DNA of 64,000 bases from an uncultured Chloroflexia bacterium (GCA_963712745.1 CAVQJC010000001.1:192001-256000), one strand, 5' to 3'; shown: positions 50,448 to 61,428, counted from the first letter of the stretch. Program-made: numbers and translations. The notes: generated by a model from the sequence alone, not told the origin.

Positions 50448-51044
50448 ATGACGCGCAGTATCGCGCGCACCCACATCGCCGTCGCCGGCCTGATGACGCT
50501 GTTGCTGATCGCTTTCTCGGCCGTACCGGCCGCTGGCGCCCAGGTCCAGCGAGGACACAAGGCCGAACACCTGGCCTTTCGCCTTGCCAACTGCATCCGC
50601 ACCGGTGGATGGGTCATGAAGGACGGGAGGTGCAAGGACAAGGGCAGCGGCAAGCACTCCAAGTACGTCAAGCCGCTCCATCGCAGCAAGAGGATCACGA
50701 ACCAGGTCGCCTGGCCGTGGGCCAAACGCTCGGCCCTGGTCTACGGCCAACGCCGCTGCTGGATCGGGCATGCCCGCAACGGATCCACGGTGAACAAGCG
50801 GTTCCGGTCGGTCGGGCTGAAGGCCAAGGTCAACGGCGAGAGCATGGGTTGCGGCTTCTACGGCGGGAAGGCTACGACCATCCGGCTGCTTCGCATGTGG
50901 CAGGCCGAGAAGGCCTATCGCGGCTGGCACTGGCGCAACCTCAAGGATCCCGACTTCAAGAGCGCCGGCGTCGGTGTGGCCAGGCTCGGCCCGCGCAAGG
51001 CCATGCTCATCTTCGACTTCTACAGCAGATCGTCGGTCAGCTGA
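50448..51044 (+). CDS. secreted CAP/SCP-domain-like basic protein
   Basis: Signal peptide; GH...GE...W...HWRNLKDPDFKSAGVGV. Confidence 0.6.
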   Translation: MTRSIARTHIAVAGLMTLLLIAFSAVPAAGAQVQRGHKAEHLAFRLANCIRTGGWVMKDGRCKDKGSGKHSKYVKPLHRSKRITNQVAWPWAKRSALVYGQRRCWIGHARNGSTVNKRFRSVGLKAKVNGESMGCGFYGGKATTIRLLRMWQAEKAYRGWHWRNLKDPDFKSAGVGVARLGPRKAMLIFDFYSRSSVS

Positions 51045-51363
51045 ACGACGACCGGCCTGGTCTCGCCATGGGCGGGCACGGTCGACCAAACCCCCAGCGC
51101 CATCGGCATGCCTGCGCCGCCACCCGCATCCGCCAACGGACCCCGGCCTCGCGCGTGTCAAGGGGGCCTGCCGGCGACCGTCTGGGAGGCCTGCGATAAC
51201 GGGCCGAATGGCATGCGCTCGGTTGCGAAGCGGTGGCCAAGATGACGGCAAGCAATAGTAAAGTCCTGAGTATTCGCTACCAGTGGGGTGGCGAGCACGG
51301 CCTTCGGGACGACCAGCCGCGCGGTCTAAGGACGCGGCCACGTAGAGAAGGGAGCCCCCACCT

Positions 51364-52106
51364 ATGGGATCACGGCTGCGCATCCTAGGCGTAGTGCTCA
51401 TCATCGTCGGTATCGTCGGCCTCGGCGCTGCTGGATACGCCTACATGAAGTATCAGGACGGCGCAGCTGCGCTGGAGGGCTTCAGCAAGGCCCAGAACGT
51501 CACGCTTGCCTACAACGACGACGGCCAGCTCATCGACCGCGGCACCGTCGAGGGCGGTGACGCCGTCCTGGAGCTGCTGGGCGAGACCTGGGGCTGGCCC
51601 ATCGCCGCCGGGGAGCTCGACCCGAAAAACACGCTGGTCAACACCGCCACCGAGTACATGACCCAGATGGCCACCATCGCTTACCACACGCTCGAGGGTA
51701 GCCAGACCATCGTGCTGCCCGAGCGAGTCGAGTGGGACGGCGACGGTGATGGCACGGTGGCCACCGATGCGACCGTCTACACCGGCGGCGAGTGGGATCC
51801 TCGACCGCGGATGAGGATGCCATCTTCATGCCGGGCACCTACCAGGTCCCGGTGGCCGAGCGCTACTGGACCGGCTTCAACCGGTTGCACCCGCTCGACG
51901 GCCCGGCCCGCGAGCAGGCCTGGAACGGCACCGTGCACGGGCTCTTCGCCGAGCTCGGCGTCGGCGCTACCACCGCCTCCAGCCTGCAGCTCGCTCTCGG
52001 CGTCGTGGCCGTGACCGCGCTCATGGGCCTCGGCTTCCTCATCGTCGGTGGCGGCCTCGTCTGGGTCGGTGGTGCCGCTCGCAAGGAAGAGGAGCCTGCC
52101 TCTTAG
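51364..52106 (+). CDS. membrane protein (N- and C-terminal TM), frameshift near 51800
   Basis: ORFs 51364-52014 and 51792-52106 join at a C-run; RBS aaggga. Confidence 0.65.
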
Positions 52107-52147
52107 GGATCCTTCCGCGGGCGAAGCCCCGTCGATCCAGCCCCCGC

Positions 52148-52183
52148 AAGGCCGCCGGTCGCAAGACCGGCGGCCTTTCTTCT
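52148..52183 (+). terminator. intrinsic terminator
   Basis: aaggccgccggtc-gcaa-gaccggcggcctt followed by a T-rich tail. Confidence 0.75.
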
Positions 52184-52236
52184 GTATGTTCAGGAGCGGC
52201 CTTGGGCGAGCGTCCACGGACCGCCCGGCGTCGTGC

Positions 52237-53232
52237 TCAGGACCGGCCGGACCGAACGGGCCTGAAATGCCGATCGAACCACTGCTGGACCTCGGCCACG
52301 CGGGGCGTGATGGTGTAGGTCCCAGGCAGCTGTCGCGCGAAGCGACCGGGCTCGAGCACGACCGACTTGACCTTCTCGAGGTCGGCCTTCGCGGCCAGCT
52401 CCATCAGCGCCGGCACCGCCCGCCAGGGCATGTCGGTGGCGATCTTCTTGCGGGCCACCTCGACCAGGCCCGCGAGGGGGTCGAGGCCACGCTTGCGCAC
52501 CTTCTCCGCGGACGCGGCGAGGACCTGGTGCTGGCGCCGCGAGCGGTCGTAGTCGCTGTCGCTGTGACGGGAACGGGAGAATGCGAGGGTGGTCATGCCG
52601 TCGAGGTGACGCCGGCCGGCTCTGAGCTTCAGGCCATTCTTGCCCAGGTGCATGGTGGGGTCGACGAGGCGCTCCTCGAGCTCGACGTCGATGCCGCCGA
52701 TGCGGTTGACCAGGCGCACGAGACCGCTGAATCCGACGAGCGCGTAGTAGTCGATCTCGGTGCCGAAGGCGTAGGCCAGCGCCTTCTTGGCCTTGGCCAG
52801 CGCCTTCTTCTTCTTGCCGGTCTGGCGCTCGAAGTCCCAGAGCAGGGAGTTGATGCGGTCGCGATAGGCCACGCCGGGAGCGATGGGTACGTTGACCGTG
52901 TCGCGCGGGAGGCTGACCATGGCCACCTTGCCTGAGCTGGGGTCGATGGTGGCCATGATGATGGCGTCGGTGCGCTCACCGATGACCCCTTCGCGCGCGT
53001 CGCTGCCGAGGATGAGCACGGTCAAGCGGCCGTCGCTGCCCAGCAGGTCCTCCACGCGCAGCGGCGGCTGGGTCGGTTCGGGGGTGGGCTCGGGGGTGGG
53101 CGTGGGCTTGGCGGACTTGGCCTGCTTGCCGCCGGCGGCACTACTGCTCTCGGACCCCGCGGTCAGCTCGCCACAGCCGGCAAGGGTGAACACGAGGACG
53201 ACACTGATCAGGCCCAGCAGGACTCGGCTCAT
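52237..53232 (-). CDS. LCP (LytR-CpsA-Psr) family lipoprotein
   Basis: LAGC lipobox; LILGSD.R, RTDAI, SLPRDT, SRSRHSDSDYDRSRRQ. Confidence 0.9.
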   Translation of the reverse strand: MSRVLLGLISVVLVFTLAGCGELTAGSESSSAAGGKQAKSAKPTPTPEPTPEPTQPPLRVEDLLGSDGRLTVLILGSDAREGVIGERTDAIIMATIDPSSGKVAMVSLPRDTVNVPIAPGVAYRDRINSLLWDFERQTGKKKKALAKAKKALAYAFGTEIDYYALVGFSGLVRLVNRIGGIDVELEERLVDPTMHLGKNGLKLRAGRRHLDGMTTLAFSRSRHSDSDYDRSRRQHQVLAASAEKVRKRGLDPLAGLVEVARKKIATDMPWRAVPALMELAAKADLEKVKSVVLEPGRFARQLPGTYTITPRVAEVQQWFDRHFRPVRSGRS

Positions 53233-53411
53233 GCGGGGGACGGCTCTCCTATCGGGTCGTGCGACGACTTCGTCACGGCCGGACGGGATCTGGGCACTCC
53301 CCCCGAAGGAGGGACCCCGCGCCGATGTGTGGTCGGTCCGAGTCTAGCGTTCGGCGGACCTTCCTGCCGGGGGTGTTGCCTCCACGCACCGGGCCGCTAC
53401 CATCAGGCACC

Positions 53412-53625
53412 ATGTGCCGTTCCATCAAGACCCTTCGGGGCGCCCCCGGGCCAGTCACCGACGAAGACGTGCGAGCTGCCGCGCTGCAATACGTGCGCAA
53501 GCTCAGCGGCTATCGCAAGCCGGCTCGACGCAACGAGGCCGTCTTCGAAGCCGCCGTCGACGAGATCGCCGCCGCCACCCAGCGCCTGCTCGACGGGATC
53601 GTCGTGCGCTCCTCTGCCGCCCTAG
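53412..53625 (+). CDS. DUF2277 family small protein
   Basis: MCRSIKTLR...AAALQYVRKLSG...F..AVDEIAAAT..LL; stop TAG is 1 nt out of frame after a C-run. Confidence 0.75.
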
Positions 53626-56600
53626 CCGGCGGGCATGCCCTCGGCGTCCGCCGCCTCCTCCCGGGGCCCTCCGCCGAGGCGCTCGCGGAACCCGACCTTG
53701 GCGCCATCCACGAGCGAGTAGAGCACCGGGATGACGATGAGGGTCAGGAACGTCGAGGTGAACAGGCCGCCGATGACGACCACGGCCAGCTCTTCCGCGA
53801 TGACGGACCCGTGAGCCATGCCCGCCGCCACCGGGGTCAGCGCCAGGATGGTGGCGATGGCGGTCATCAGGATGGGCCGCACGCGGACGCGGCCGCCGCC
53901 GATGAGCGCGTCGTATGTCGACTTGCCCTTCGCGCGCAGCTGCTCCACGAAGTCGAGCAGCACGATGGCGTTGGTGACCACGATGCCGATGAGCATGAGG
54001 AAGCCGACCATGGCGCTGATGCCCAGGGGGTTGCCGCTGATGAGCAGCGCCGGGATGGCACCGATGAGCGCCAGCGGCAGGCTGAAGAGGATGATGAAGG
54101 GCGTGATGAGCGAGCCCAGGGCCAGCACCATCACGATGTAGACCACGAGGATGGCGACGCCCATCGAGAAGAACAGCGACCCGAAGGCCTCGGTCATCTC
54201 GGCCGTGGTCCCTGCGAAGGTGGTCTCGATGGAAACGGGGATCTGCTGCTCTTCGTACAGGGCATCGATGCGTTCCTGGGCCTCCCGCGAGACCGCACCG
54301 GTGTCCTCCGAGGTGATGTCGGCGGTGACGGTGGCGGCTGGTGAGCCGTTCACCCGGGTCACCGTGCCACGCACCTCGACCACCTCGACAGCGGCGACTT
54401 TGCCCAGCGGCGCGCTGCCGGCCATGCCGCTGACGGGCATCTGGCGCAGGCCCTCTACCGAGTCCACTCCCGCATCCGACACGCGCAGCCGCGTCTCGAG
54501 CGGGCTGCCGTCCTCGAGCGTATAGGTGCCGATGGATTGGCCGACCAGCACGCTTCGGATCTCGGTGCCGACCTGGGCGGTGGTGGATCCGATCATCATG
54601 GCCGCGTTGGGATCGACCGCGACCGAGATCTGTGGGGCAGCCGCCACCGCGTCACTGGCCACGTTGTCGATGCCGCCCATGGTCGCCAGGTCGGCCACGA
54701 TGACGTCGCTGGCGGCCTTGATCTCCTCGGGGTCGGTGCCGCTCACCACGATGGCCAGGCCGGTACCGCCCATCAGGTCCTGCTGGGCCACGACCACGTC
54801 GTAGCCGTCGGTCGAGAGGTGCTCAAGGTCGGTCTTGATCCGCTCACGGCTGGCCTCGAGGTCGGAGTCCTCGGCCAGGCGCACGGTCATCACCGCACTG
54901 TTGGGCGCGCGACCGGCGAAGGCAGCCTGCACGGCCTGCGAGCCGGTGTCGGCTTCACCCGGGATGGTGGACATGACCATCTCCACGCCGTCGGTGTCCA
55001 TCAGGACCCGCTCGGCCTCGAGGGCCTTGTCCTGGACGCCGGCCGTGGATCCGCCCTGGGGCGGCGAGATGGTCACCTGGACGAGGTTCTCTCCGCCGGT
55101 ATCGATGAAGGCCGTAGGCAGGCCGGCGGCGAGGCCCATGGCCACCACGAAGAGGGCGGTGGCGACGGCCAGCGTCACCCACTTGGTGAGGCGACCGCGC
55201 AGCGCCAGCATCAGGACCGGCGTGTAGAGGCGTTGCCAGATGGTCTCCGGCAGCTCACCGTCGGGCCCCAGCTGGACCTTGACCTTGTCGATGAAGAGGT
55301 ATGCCAGCACCGGAATCACGGTCAGGGCCACGATGAGCGAGGCCAGCAGGGCGAAGGTCACGGCCAACCCGAAGTCGAGGAAGAACTGGCTGACCAGGCC
55401 ACCCACGAACCCGATGGGCAGGAATACCGCCACCGTGGTGACGGTGCTGGCGGTGATGGCCTTGGCCACCTCCCTGGTGCCGTTGATGACGGCGTCGCCG
55501 GTCTCGTCCCCCAGGCCCTTGTGGCGATAGATGTTCTCGAGGACGACGATGGAGTCGTCCACGACCCGGCCCACCGCGACCGTCAAGCCGCTCAGGGTCA
55601 GGATGTTGATGGTCAGGCCGAAGAGGCCGAAGGTGGCGATGGCGGTGAAGAGGGAGAGCGGGATGCTGATGGCCGCCACCAGCGTGGTGCGCACGCTGCG
55701 CAGGAAGACGAAGATGACGAGGATGGCGAAGAGCCCGCCCAGCAGGCCCTCCTGCAACAGACCTGCTACCGACTCGGTGATGAAGACCGCCTGGTCGGTG
55801 ATGGTCTCGATGACGATGACCTCTCCGTGCTCCGCAAGAGCCTTCTTGAAGACGGCCTCGACGTCAGCCGAGAGCTGGACGGTGTTGGCCCCGGATGACT
55901 TGGAGACGCTCAGCGTGAGCGACGGCTGCCCGTTGGTGCGGGCGTAGCCGGAGGTATTGACCGCTCGCTCCTCGATGGTGGCGATGTCGGCCAGCGTGAT
56001 GGGCAGGGGAATACTCGCCAGCGCCTCGGTCAGGCTGCTCAGGTCAGGCAGGGAGAAGAGTCCGCCCGCCGGCGCCTTGTCCTCTTCGGCCGGTGGCTCC
56101 TGTGTCGGCTCAGCTGCCGGCTCCTCCGGTACCGCTTGCTCCTCGCGCACGGCGGGCGTGCGCGCGCCCACGACCTGACGCTCCAGTTCGGCCACGGAGG
56201 TATAGGCGTGCTGGGTCGATACCGGCAAGCGCAGTTCGCCGTCATCGATGGAGCCCGAAGGCAGGGTGATCTGGTTGGCCAGCAGGATGCCCTGGACCTG
56301 CTGGAGCGAGATGCCGTTCTCGGCCATGGCCACGGGGTCGAGCACGATGTCGAGCAGGGGCGTAGATCCGCCGGTGAGTTCGGCGGCTGAGACGCCGTCG
56401 ATGCCCTGGAGCGCAGGCAGGATCTCTTCGCGAGCGATGCGCGCCGCCTCGACCGCATCGCCACCTTCGGCGGCGCCGATGGTGGCCGTGACCACCGGCA
56501 GGTCGTCGATGCCGAAGGAGTTCACGGTCGGTGACACGCCCTCCGGCAGCCGCACCGCGTCGACCGCTCGTTCCACCTCGGCGGTGGCTTCCTTGATATC

Positions 56601-56900
56601 GGTGCCGAAGTCGAACTCGGCGAACACCAGGGACATCGAGTTGGCCGAGGACGACTGCGTCCCCTCGAGGCGGGGCACGTTCACCAGCGCCCGCTCCACC
56701 GGCTCGGTCACCTGCGTGGCCACGTCCTCCGCGCCGGCCCCCGGCATGGGCGTGATGACCATCACGAAGGGCAGCTCCATGTCCGGGATCAGCTCCTGCT
56801 TGAGGCTGGTCCACGAGAACGCGCCGGCCAGGAAGATGCCGATCGCCAGCAGGATGACGACGCTCTTCTGCTTGAGCGAGAACTCGGTCAGGCGGATCAT
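53622..56900 (-). CDS. RND efflux permease (AcrB/SwrC-like), copy 1
   Basis: 1092 aa; VGRVVDDSIVVLENI, GIVVTNAIVL, RVRPILMT. Confidence 0.93.
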   Translation of the reverse strand: MIRLTEFSLKQKSVVILLAIGIFLAGAFSWTSLKQELIPDMELPFVMVITPMPGAGAEDVATQVTEPVERALVNVPRLEGTQSSSANSMSLVFAEFDFGTDIKEATAEVERAVDAVRLPEGVSPTVNSFGIDDLPVVTATIGAAEGGDAVEAARIAREEILPALQGIDGVSAAELTGGSTPLLDIVLDPVAMAENGISLQQVQGILLANQITLPSGSIDDGELRLPVSTQHAYTSVAELERQVVGARTPAVREEQAVPEEPAAEPTQEPPAEEDKAPAGGLFSLPDLSSLTEALASIPLPITLADIATIEERAVNTSGYARTNGQPSLTLSVSKSSGANTVQLSADVEAVFKKALAEHGEVIVIETITDQAVFITESVAGLLQEGLLGGLFAILVIFVFLRSVRTTLVAAISIPLSLFTAIATFGLFGLTINILTLSGLTVAVGRVVDDSIVVLENIYRHKGLGDETGDAVINGTREVAKAITASTVTTVAVFLPIGFVGGLVSQFFLDFGLAVTFALLASLIVALTVIPVLAYLFIDKVKVQLGPDGELPETIWQRLYTPVLMLALRGRLTKWVTLAVATALFVVAMGLAAGLPTAFIDTGGENLVQVTISPPQGGSTAGVQDKALEAERVLMDTDGVEMVMSTIPGEADTGSQAVQAAFAGRAPNSAVMTVRLAEDSDLEASRERIKTDLEHLSTDGYDVVVAQQDLMGGTGLAIVVSGTDPEEIKAASDVIVADLATMGGIDNVASDAVAAAPQISVAVDPNAAMMIGSTTAQVGTEIRSVLVGQSIGTYTLEDGSPLETRLRVSDAGVDSVEGLRQMPVSGMAGSAPLGKVAAVEVVEVRGTVTRVNGSPAATVTADITSEDTGAVSREAQERIDALYEEQQIPVSIETTFAGTTAEMTEAFGSLFFSMGVAILVVYIVMVLALGSLITPFIILFSLPLALIGAIPALLISGNPLGISAMVGFLMLIGIVVTNAIVLLDFVEQLRAKGKSTYDALIGGGRVRVRPILMTAIATILALTPVAAGMAHGSVIAEELAVVVIGGLFTSTFLTLIVIPVLYSLVDGAKVGFRERLGGGPREEAADAEGMPAG

Positions 56901-57403
56901 GCGGGTGTCCTTTCGTGGGTGGCGCTGGCATGGCTGGACCGGTCGGCGCGGCCGGCTTGGCGTTCGAGCGCGGCGATGCCCACGAGGAGCGCCTCGAGCT
57001 CGGGTATGGAGAGACCGCCGAGCAGCTCGGCAAGTCGGTCGGCGCTGAACTGGCGGAAGCGTTCGATGACCTCGCCACCGGCCTCGGTCACCGAGACCAG
57101 CTGCTGGCGACGGTCATGGGCGTCCTCGCGACGGGCCAGGTAGCCGTGCTCTACCAGGCGGTCGACGAGGGCGCTGGCGGCGGAGGGCCCGACGTGGAGC
57201 TGGGCCGCCAGCCCGGACATGGATATGCCGGGGTGGAGCGAGCTCACGAAGAGGCACTTGGCCTGCGACATGGTCACGTCGATGCCGAGGATGCCCGGCT
57301 CCTGCCACAGCGCCGCCTGGCGCATGAAGGAGCGGAAGTGATCGAGGATCGCGTCGACCGTATCGGCGACGTCCGCGTCGGTCACGCCAGAGGTTCTCTT
57401 CAT
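56897..57403 (-). CDS. MarR family regulator, copy 1
   Basis: VTMSQ...VDRLVEHGYLARREDAHDRR. Confidence 0.9.
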   Translation of the reverse strand: MKRTSGVTDADVADTVDAILDHFRSFMRQAALWQEPGILGIDVTMSQAKCLFVSSLHPGISMSGLAAQLHVGPSAASALVDRLVEHGYLARREDAHDRRQQLVSVTEAGGEVIERFRQFSADRLAELLGGLSIPELEALLVGIAALERQAGRADRSSHASATHERTPA

Positions 57404-57406
57404 CTA

Positions 57407-57449
57407 TACAGTTCTAGCTTTGCGAATACTTCGCATCGTTCGAACTGTA
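57407..57449. promoter_or_regulatory. nested palindrome, putative MarR operator
   Basis: tacagttc...gaactgta and tgcgaa-tac-ttcgca share one centre (57428), directly upstream of marR. Confidence 0.6.
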
Positions 57450-57562
57450 CTCAGCAGACGAATGACCTGCACCGGGCCGGACGTCCCTTTTCGAGCGGGC
57501 CGCAGGTACCACAAGGCCCGGTCGCTCCAGGCGACCGGGCCCTGGCTGCCGTTGCGAGGTGG

Positions 57563-57623
57563 GGCTGGCGTCAACCTCCGGCTGGCGTCAACCTCCGGCT
57601 GGCATCAACCTCCGGCTGGCATC
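57563..57623. repeat. 17-bp tandem repeat (ggctggcRtcaacctcc x3.6) spanning the RND stop codon
   Basis: Seen directly; the unit contains the TGA at 57605. Confidence 0.9.
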
Positions 57624-60600
57624 GGCTCGGCGGGTGCCTCGGACGGATCCTCGTCGTCGGGACCGCTGCGCATGAAGCGCTGGCGGAAACCGTCCTTGCC
57701 ACCGTCCACGAGGGAGTAGATGACCGGCACCACCATCAGCGTCAGGAACGTCGAGCTGAACAGGCCGCCGATGACGACCGTGGCCAGCTCTTCCGCGATG
57801 ATCGAGCCGTGGGCGAAGCCGATGGCCACCGGCGAGAGGGCCAGGATGGTGGCGATGGCGGTCATCAGGATGGGCCGCACGCGGGTGTTGGCGCCACGCA
57901 CGAGGGCGTCGTGGTTGGAGTGGCCCTGCTTCTTGAGCTGCTCCACGAAGTCGAGCAGCACGATGGCGTTGGTGACCACGATGCCGATGAGCATGAGGAA
58001 GCCGATCAGGGCGCTGATGCCCAGGGGGTTGCCGCTGATGAGCAGCGCCGGGATGGCGCCGATGATCGCCAGTGGCAGGCTGAAGAGGATGATGAAGGGC
58101 GTGATGAGCGAGCCCAGGGCCAGCACCATCACGATGTAGACCACGAGGATGGCCACGCCCATCGAGAAGAACAGGCCACCAAAGGCCTCAGCCTGCTCGG
58201 CCGTGGCACCGGCGAAGGTGACTTCCACCCCTTCGGGGATCTGGCCCTCTTCCTCCAGAGCCTTGATGTGGGACTCTGCTTCGGCGGAGACGCCGGCCAG
58301 GTCCGCGCCGATGATGTCCCCCGAGACGGTGGCCGCCGGCGAGCCGTCGACCCGCGTGACCGTGCCTCGCACCTCGACCTGGTCGACCGTGGCGACCTCG
58401 CCCAGCGTGGACATCCCGGCCATGCCGGAGACAGGCATGGCCCGCAGGCCCTCGACACCGTCGACGGTGGCGTCGTCGACGCGCAGGATGGTGGTGACGG
58501 TCGTGCCGTCCTCGAGCTCGTAGGAGCCGATGGGCTGGCCCACCAGCACGTCCCTGATCTGACCTCCGATCTGTGCCGTGGAGGAGCCGATGAGCGCCGC
58601 CTTGTTGGGGTCGACCACGACCGCCACCTGGGGCGTCTCGGAGACCGCGTCGCTCTCCACGTTGTCGAGGTCCTCCATGGTCGAGAGCTCGACCACGATG
58701 GCGTTGGCCGCCTGTTCGATCTCGACCGGGTCCTGCCCGCTGACGACGATCTGCAAGCCGCCCCCGCCGCCGAAGGCGTCCTGTTCCGAGACGGCCACAT
58801 CGAAGCCGTCCGTGGAGATGGGCTGGAGGTCCTCCTTGATCTGCTCGCGGGCAACCTCGAGGTCGATGTCGTCCTTGAGGCGGACCGTGATGATGGCGCT
58901 GTTGGAGGCCCGGCCGGAGAAGGCGGCCTGCAGCGCCTGAGCGCCGGTGTCGGCCTCGCCGGGGATGGTCGACTGGACCAGCTCGACGTCGTCGTTGGCG
59001 AGCAGGATCTCCTCAGCCTCGAGCGTCTTGTCCTGGACACCCGCGGTCGATGCACCCTGTGGCGGCGAGACGGTGATGGTCAGGAAGTTCTCGCCGCCAG
59101 CATCGACGAACGCGGTGGGCAGCAGCGGCGCGAGGGCCATGGCCACCACGAAGAGGGCAGCCGCGATGGCCAAGGTGCCCCACTTGGTGAGGCGGTTCTT
59201 GAGGGCCACCACGAGCACCGGCGTGTAGAGCCGTTGCCAGATGGTCATCTTGGGCTCGCCGGTCTCGTCGAACTCGATGTCGACCTTGTCCACGAACCAG
59301 TAGGCCAGCACCGGGATGACGGTCAGCGCCACCAGTAGCGAGGCCAGCAGGGCAAAAGTCACGGCCAGGCCGAAAGGCAGGAAGAACTGGCTGACGATGC
59401 CGCCGACGAAGCCGATGGGCAGGAAGACCGCGGCGGTGGTCACCGTCGAGCTGGTGATGGCGCCGGCCACCTCCTTGGTGCCGGTGATGACCGAGTCATG
59501 CACCGAATCACCCAGGCCGCGATGACGGTAGATGTTCTCGAGGACGACGATGGAGTCGTCCACGACTCTGCCGACCGCGACCGCCAGACCTCCCAGCGTG
59601 AGGATGTTGATGGTCAGCCCGAACACGCCGAACACGGCGATGGCCAGGAAGATCGACAGGGGGATGCTGATGGCGGCCACCAGCGTGGTGCGCGCGCTGC
59701 GCAGGAAGATGTAGATGACGAGGACCGCGAAGAGGGCTCCCAGCAGGCCTTCCTGGACGAGACCCTGGGTCGACTCCTCGATGAAGATGGCCTGGTTCTG
59801 GATGGTGTTGATGCCGATGACGTCGCCGTTCTCTTCGAGCGCCTTCTTGAAGACCGCCTCGACCTCGTTCGCGACCTCGACGGTGTTGGCCCCCGACTGC
59901 TTGGTGATGCTGAGCGTCAGCGAGGGCTGGCCGTTGGTTCGCGCGTAGCCGGAGACCTGCACCTCCTGCGGCTCGATGGTGGCGATCTCGCCGAGCGTGA
60001 CCGGCTGCGGGATCTGCGCGAGGGCCTGGGCCAGGGAGCCGAGGTCGGGCAGCTCGAAGAGGCTGCCGCTGCCCTCATCCGCAGCGGCTTCCTCGTCCGG
60101 GGGAACCTCTCCCCCACCCTGCCCGACGGGAGGCATGCCCGCGGCTGCGGCGGCTGCCCCCGGGGTGCGCGCGCCGACCACGAGGCCTTCCAGCTCCTCG
60201 ACCGAGGTGAACTCGTGCAGCGTGCTCACCGGCAGGCGCAGGCCGCCCTCGTCGATGGCCCCCGAGGGGATGGTGATCTGGTTGGCGAAGAGGATGCCCT
60301 GGACCTGCTGCAGGCTGATGCCCGTGTCGGCCATGGCCACCGGGTCAAGGACGATGTCGAGGATGGGCGTGGGGCCGCCGGTCAGATCGACCGTGGAGAC
60401 GCCGTCGATGCCCTGTAGCGCCGGCACGACCTCGTTGCGGGCGATCTCCGCCGCTTCGGTGGGATCGGCACCCTCGACGGGGCCGATGGTGGCGACGACG
60501 ATGGGCTGGCTGTTGAAGTCGAAGGAGCTGACCTGGGGCACGCTGCCCTGGGGCAGGTCCAGCTGACCTACCGCCTGCTCGACCTCGGTCAGCGTCTCCC

Positions 60601-60907
60601 TGAGGTCGGTGCCGAAGTCGAACTCGGCAAAGACCAGCGAGAGCGAGCTGCCCGAAGTCGACTGCACCGTCTGCAGCCGCGGGATGTTGGAGATGGCCCC
60701 TTCCACCGGTTCGGTGACCTGGGCCGCCACGTCCTCGGCGCCGGCACCGGGCACGGGCGTGATGATGGTCACGAACGGGAACTCGATGTCGGGCAACAAC
60801 TCCTGGCGGAGGGAGTTCCAGGAGAAGAGGCCGGCAAGCAGCACGCCCACCGCCAGGAGGATGATGACGCTCTTCTCCCTGACGGCGAACTGAGTCAGGC
60901 GGATCAT
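57605..60907 (-). CDS. RND efflux permease (AcrB/SwrC-like), copy 2
   Basis: 1100 aa; same motifs, close paralog of copy 1. Confidence 0.93.
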   Translation of the reverse strand: MIRLTQFAVREKSVIILLAVGVLLAGLFSWNSLRQELLPDIEFPFVTIITPVPGAGAEDVAAQVTEPVEGAISNIPRLQTVQSTSGSSLSLVFAEFDFGTDLRETLTEVEQAVGQLDLPQGSVPQVSSFDFNSQPIVVATIGPVEGADPTEAAEIARNEVVPALQGIDGVSTVDLTGGPTPILDIVLDPVAMADTGISLQQVQGILFANQITIPSGAIDEGGLRLPVSTLHEFTSVEELEGLVVGARTPGAAAAAAGMPPVGQGGGEVPPDEEAAADEGSGSLFELPDLGSLAQALAQIPQPVTLGEIATIEPQEVQVSGYARTNGQPSLTLSITKQSGANTVEVANEVEAVFKKALEENGDVIGINTIQNQAIFIEESTQGLVQEGLLGALFAVLVIYIFLRSARTTLVAAISIPLSIFLAIAVFGVFGLTINILTLGGLAVAVGRVVDDSIVVLENIYRHRGLGDSVHDSVITGTKEVAGAITSSTVTTAAVFLPIGFVGGIVSQFFLPFGLAVTFALLASLLVALTVIPVLAYWFVDKVDIEFDETGEPKMTIWQRLYTPVLVVALKNRLTKWGTLAIAAALFVVAMALAPLLPTAFVDAGGENFLTITVSPPQGASTAGVQDKTLEAEEILLANDDVELVQSTIPGEADTGAQALQAAFSGRASNSAIITVRLKDDIDLEVAREQIKEDLQPISTDGFDVAVSEQDAFGGGGGLQIVVSGQDPVEIEQAANAIVVELSTMEDLDNVESDAVSETPQVAVVVDPNKAALIGSSTAQIGGQIRDVLVGQPIGSYELEDGTTVTTILRVDDATVDGVEGLRAMPVSGMAGMSTLGEVATVDQVEVRGTVTRVDGSPAATVSGDIIGADLAGVSAEAESHIKALEEEGQIPEGVEVTFAGATAEQAEAFGGLFFSMGVAILVVYIVMVLALGSLITPFIILFSLPLAIIGAIPALLISGNPLGISALIGFLMLIGIVVTNAIVLLDFVEQLKKQGHSNHDALVRGANTRVRPILMTAIATILALSPVAIGFAHGSIIAEELATVVIGGLFSSTFLTLMVVPVIYSLVDGGKDGFRQRFMRSGPDDEDPSEAPAEPMPAGG

Positions 60908-61428
60908 GCAGGGGTCCTTTCGGGCTGGGCTTCGCGATCGCTGAGGGGCCGATGTGATGGGCCGGAGTCGTGGTCCCGGCTGGAAGTGTCGTCGAGATGC
61001 TGGACCTCACGGTCGAGCGCAGCGAGGCTGACTCGCAGCGCCTCCAGCTCGCCGGCATCGAGGCCCTTGAGCAGGCGTCGCATCAATCCGGTCTGCAGCT
61101 CGCGCATACGATCGAGGGCCATGGCGCCGGTCGTGGTGATGGTCACGAGCTGCTGGCGGCGGTCCCCGGGATCCTCGCGCCGTTCGACGTAGCCGAGCGT
61201 GACGAGACGGTCGACGAGACCGCTGACAGCAGGTGGCCCGACTCCGAGCCTGGCGGCGATGGCGGACATCGACATGCCCGGGTACAGCGAGACCAGATAG
61301 AGCATCTTCGCCTGCGGCATCGTCACATCGACGTCGAGGAACGCCGGCGTATGCGACTCCGCCGCATGGCGCAGCAAAACCTGGAAGCGGTCGAGGATCT
61401 GGTCCTCTACCGTCGTGGGGAGGGTCAC
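60904..61428 (-). CDS. MarR family regulator, copy 2
   Basis: VTMPQ...VDRLVTLGYVERREDPGDRR; ends ERTPA like copy 1. Confidence 0.9.
   Translation of the reverse strand: MTLPTTVEDQILDRFQVLLRHAAESHTPAFLDVDVTMPQAKMLYLVSLYPGMSMSAIAARLGVGPPAVSGLVDRLVTLGYVERREDPGDRRQQLVTITTTGAMALDRMRELQTGLMRRLLKGLDAGELEALRVSLAALDREVQHLDDTSSRDHDSGPSHRPLSDREAQPERTPA

Noticed and set aside
51270-51345. Riboswitch in the leader of the membrane protein gene
   Set aside because: Two hairpins are present, but they match no aptamer consensus I can recognise.
53626-54344. Long C-terminal extension of DUF2277 antisense to RND
   Set aside because: One extra C in a homopolymer before TAG explains it; probable sequencing error.
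54537-60418. Long plus-strand ORFs (453, 807, 306 aa) opposite the RND genes
   Set aside because: Antisense shadows caused by GC-rich codon bias; no motifs.
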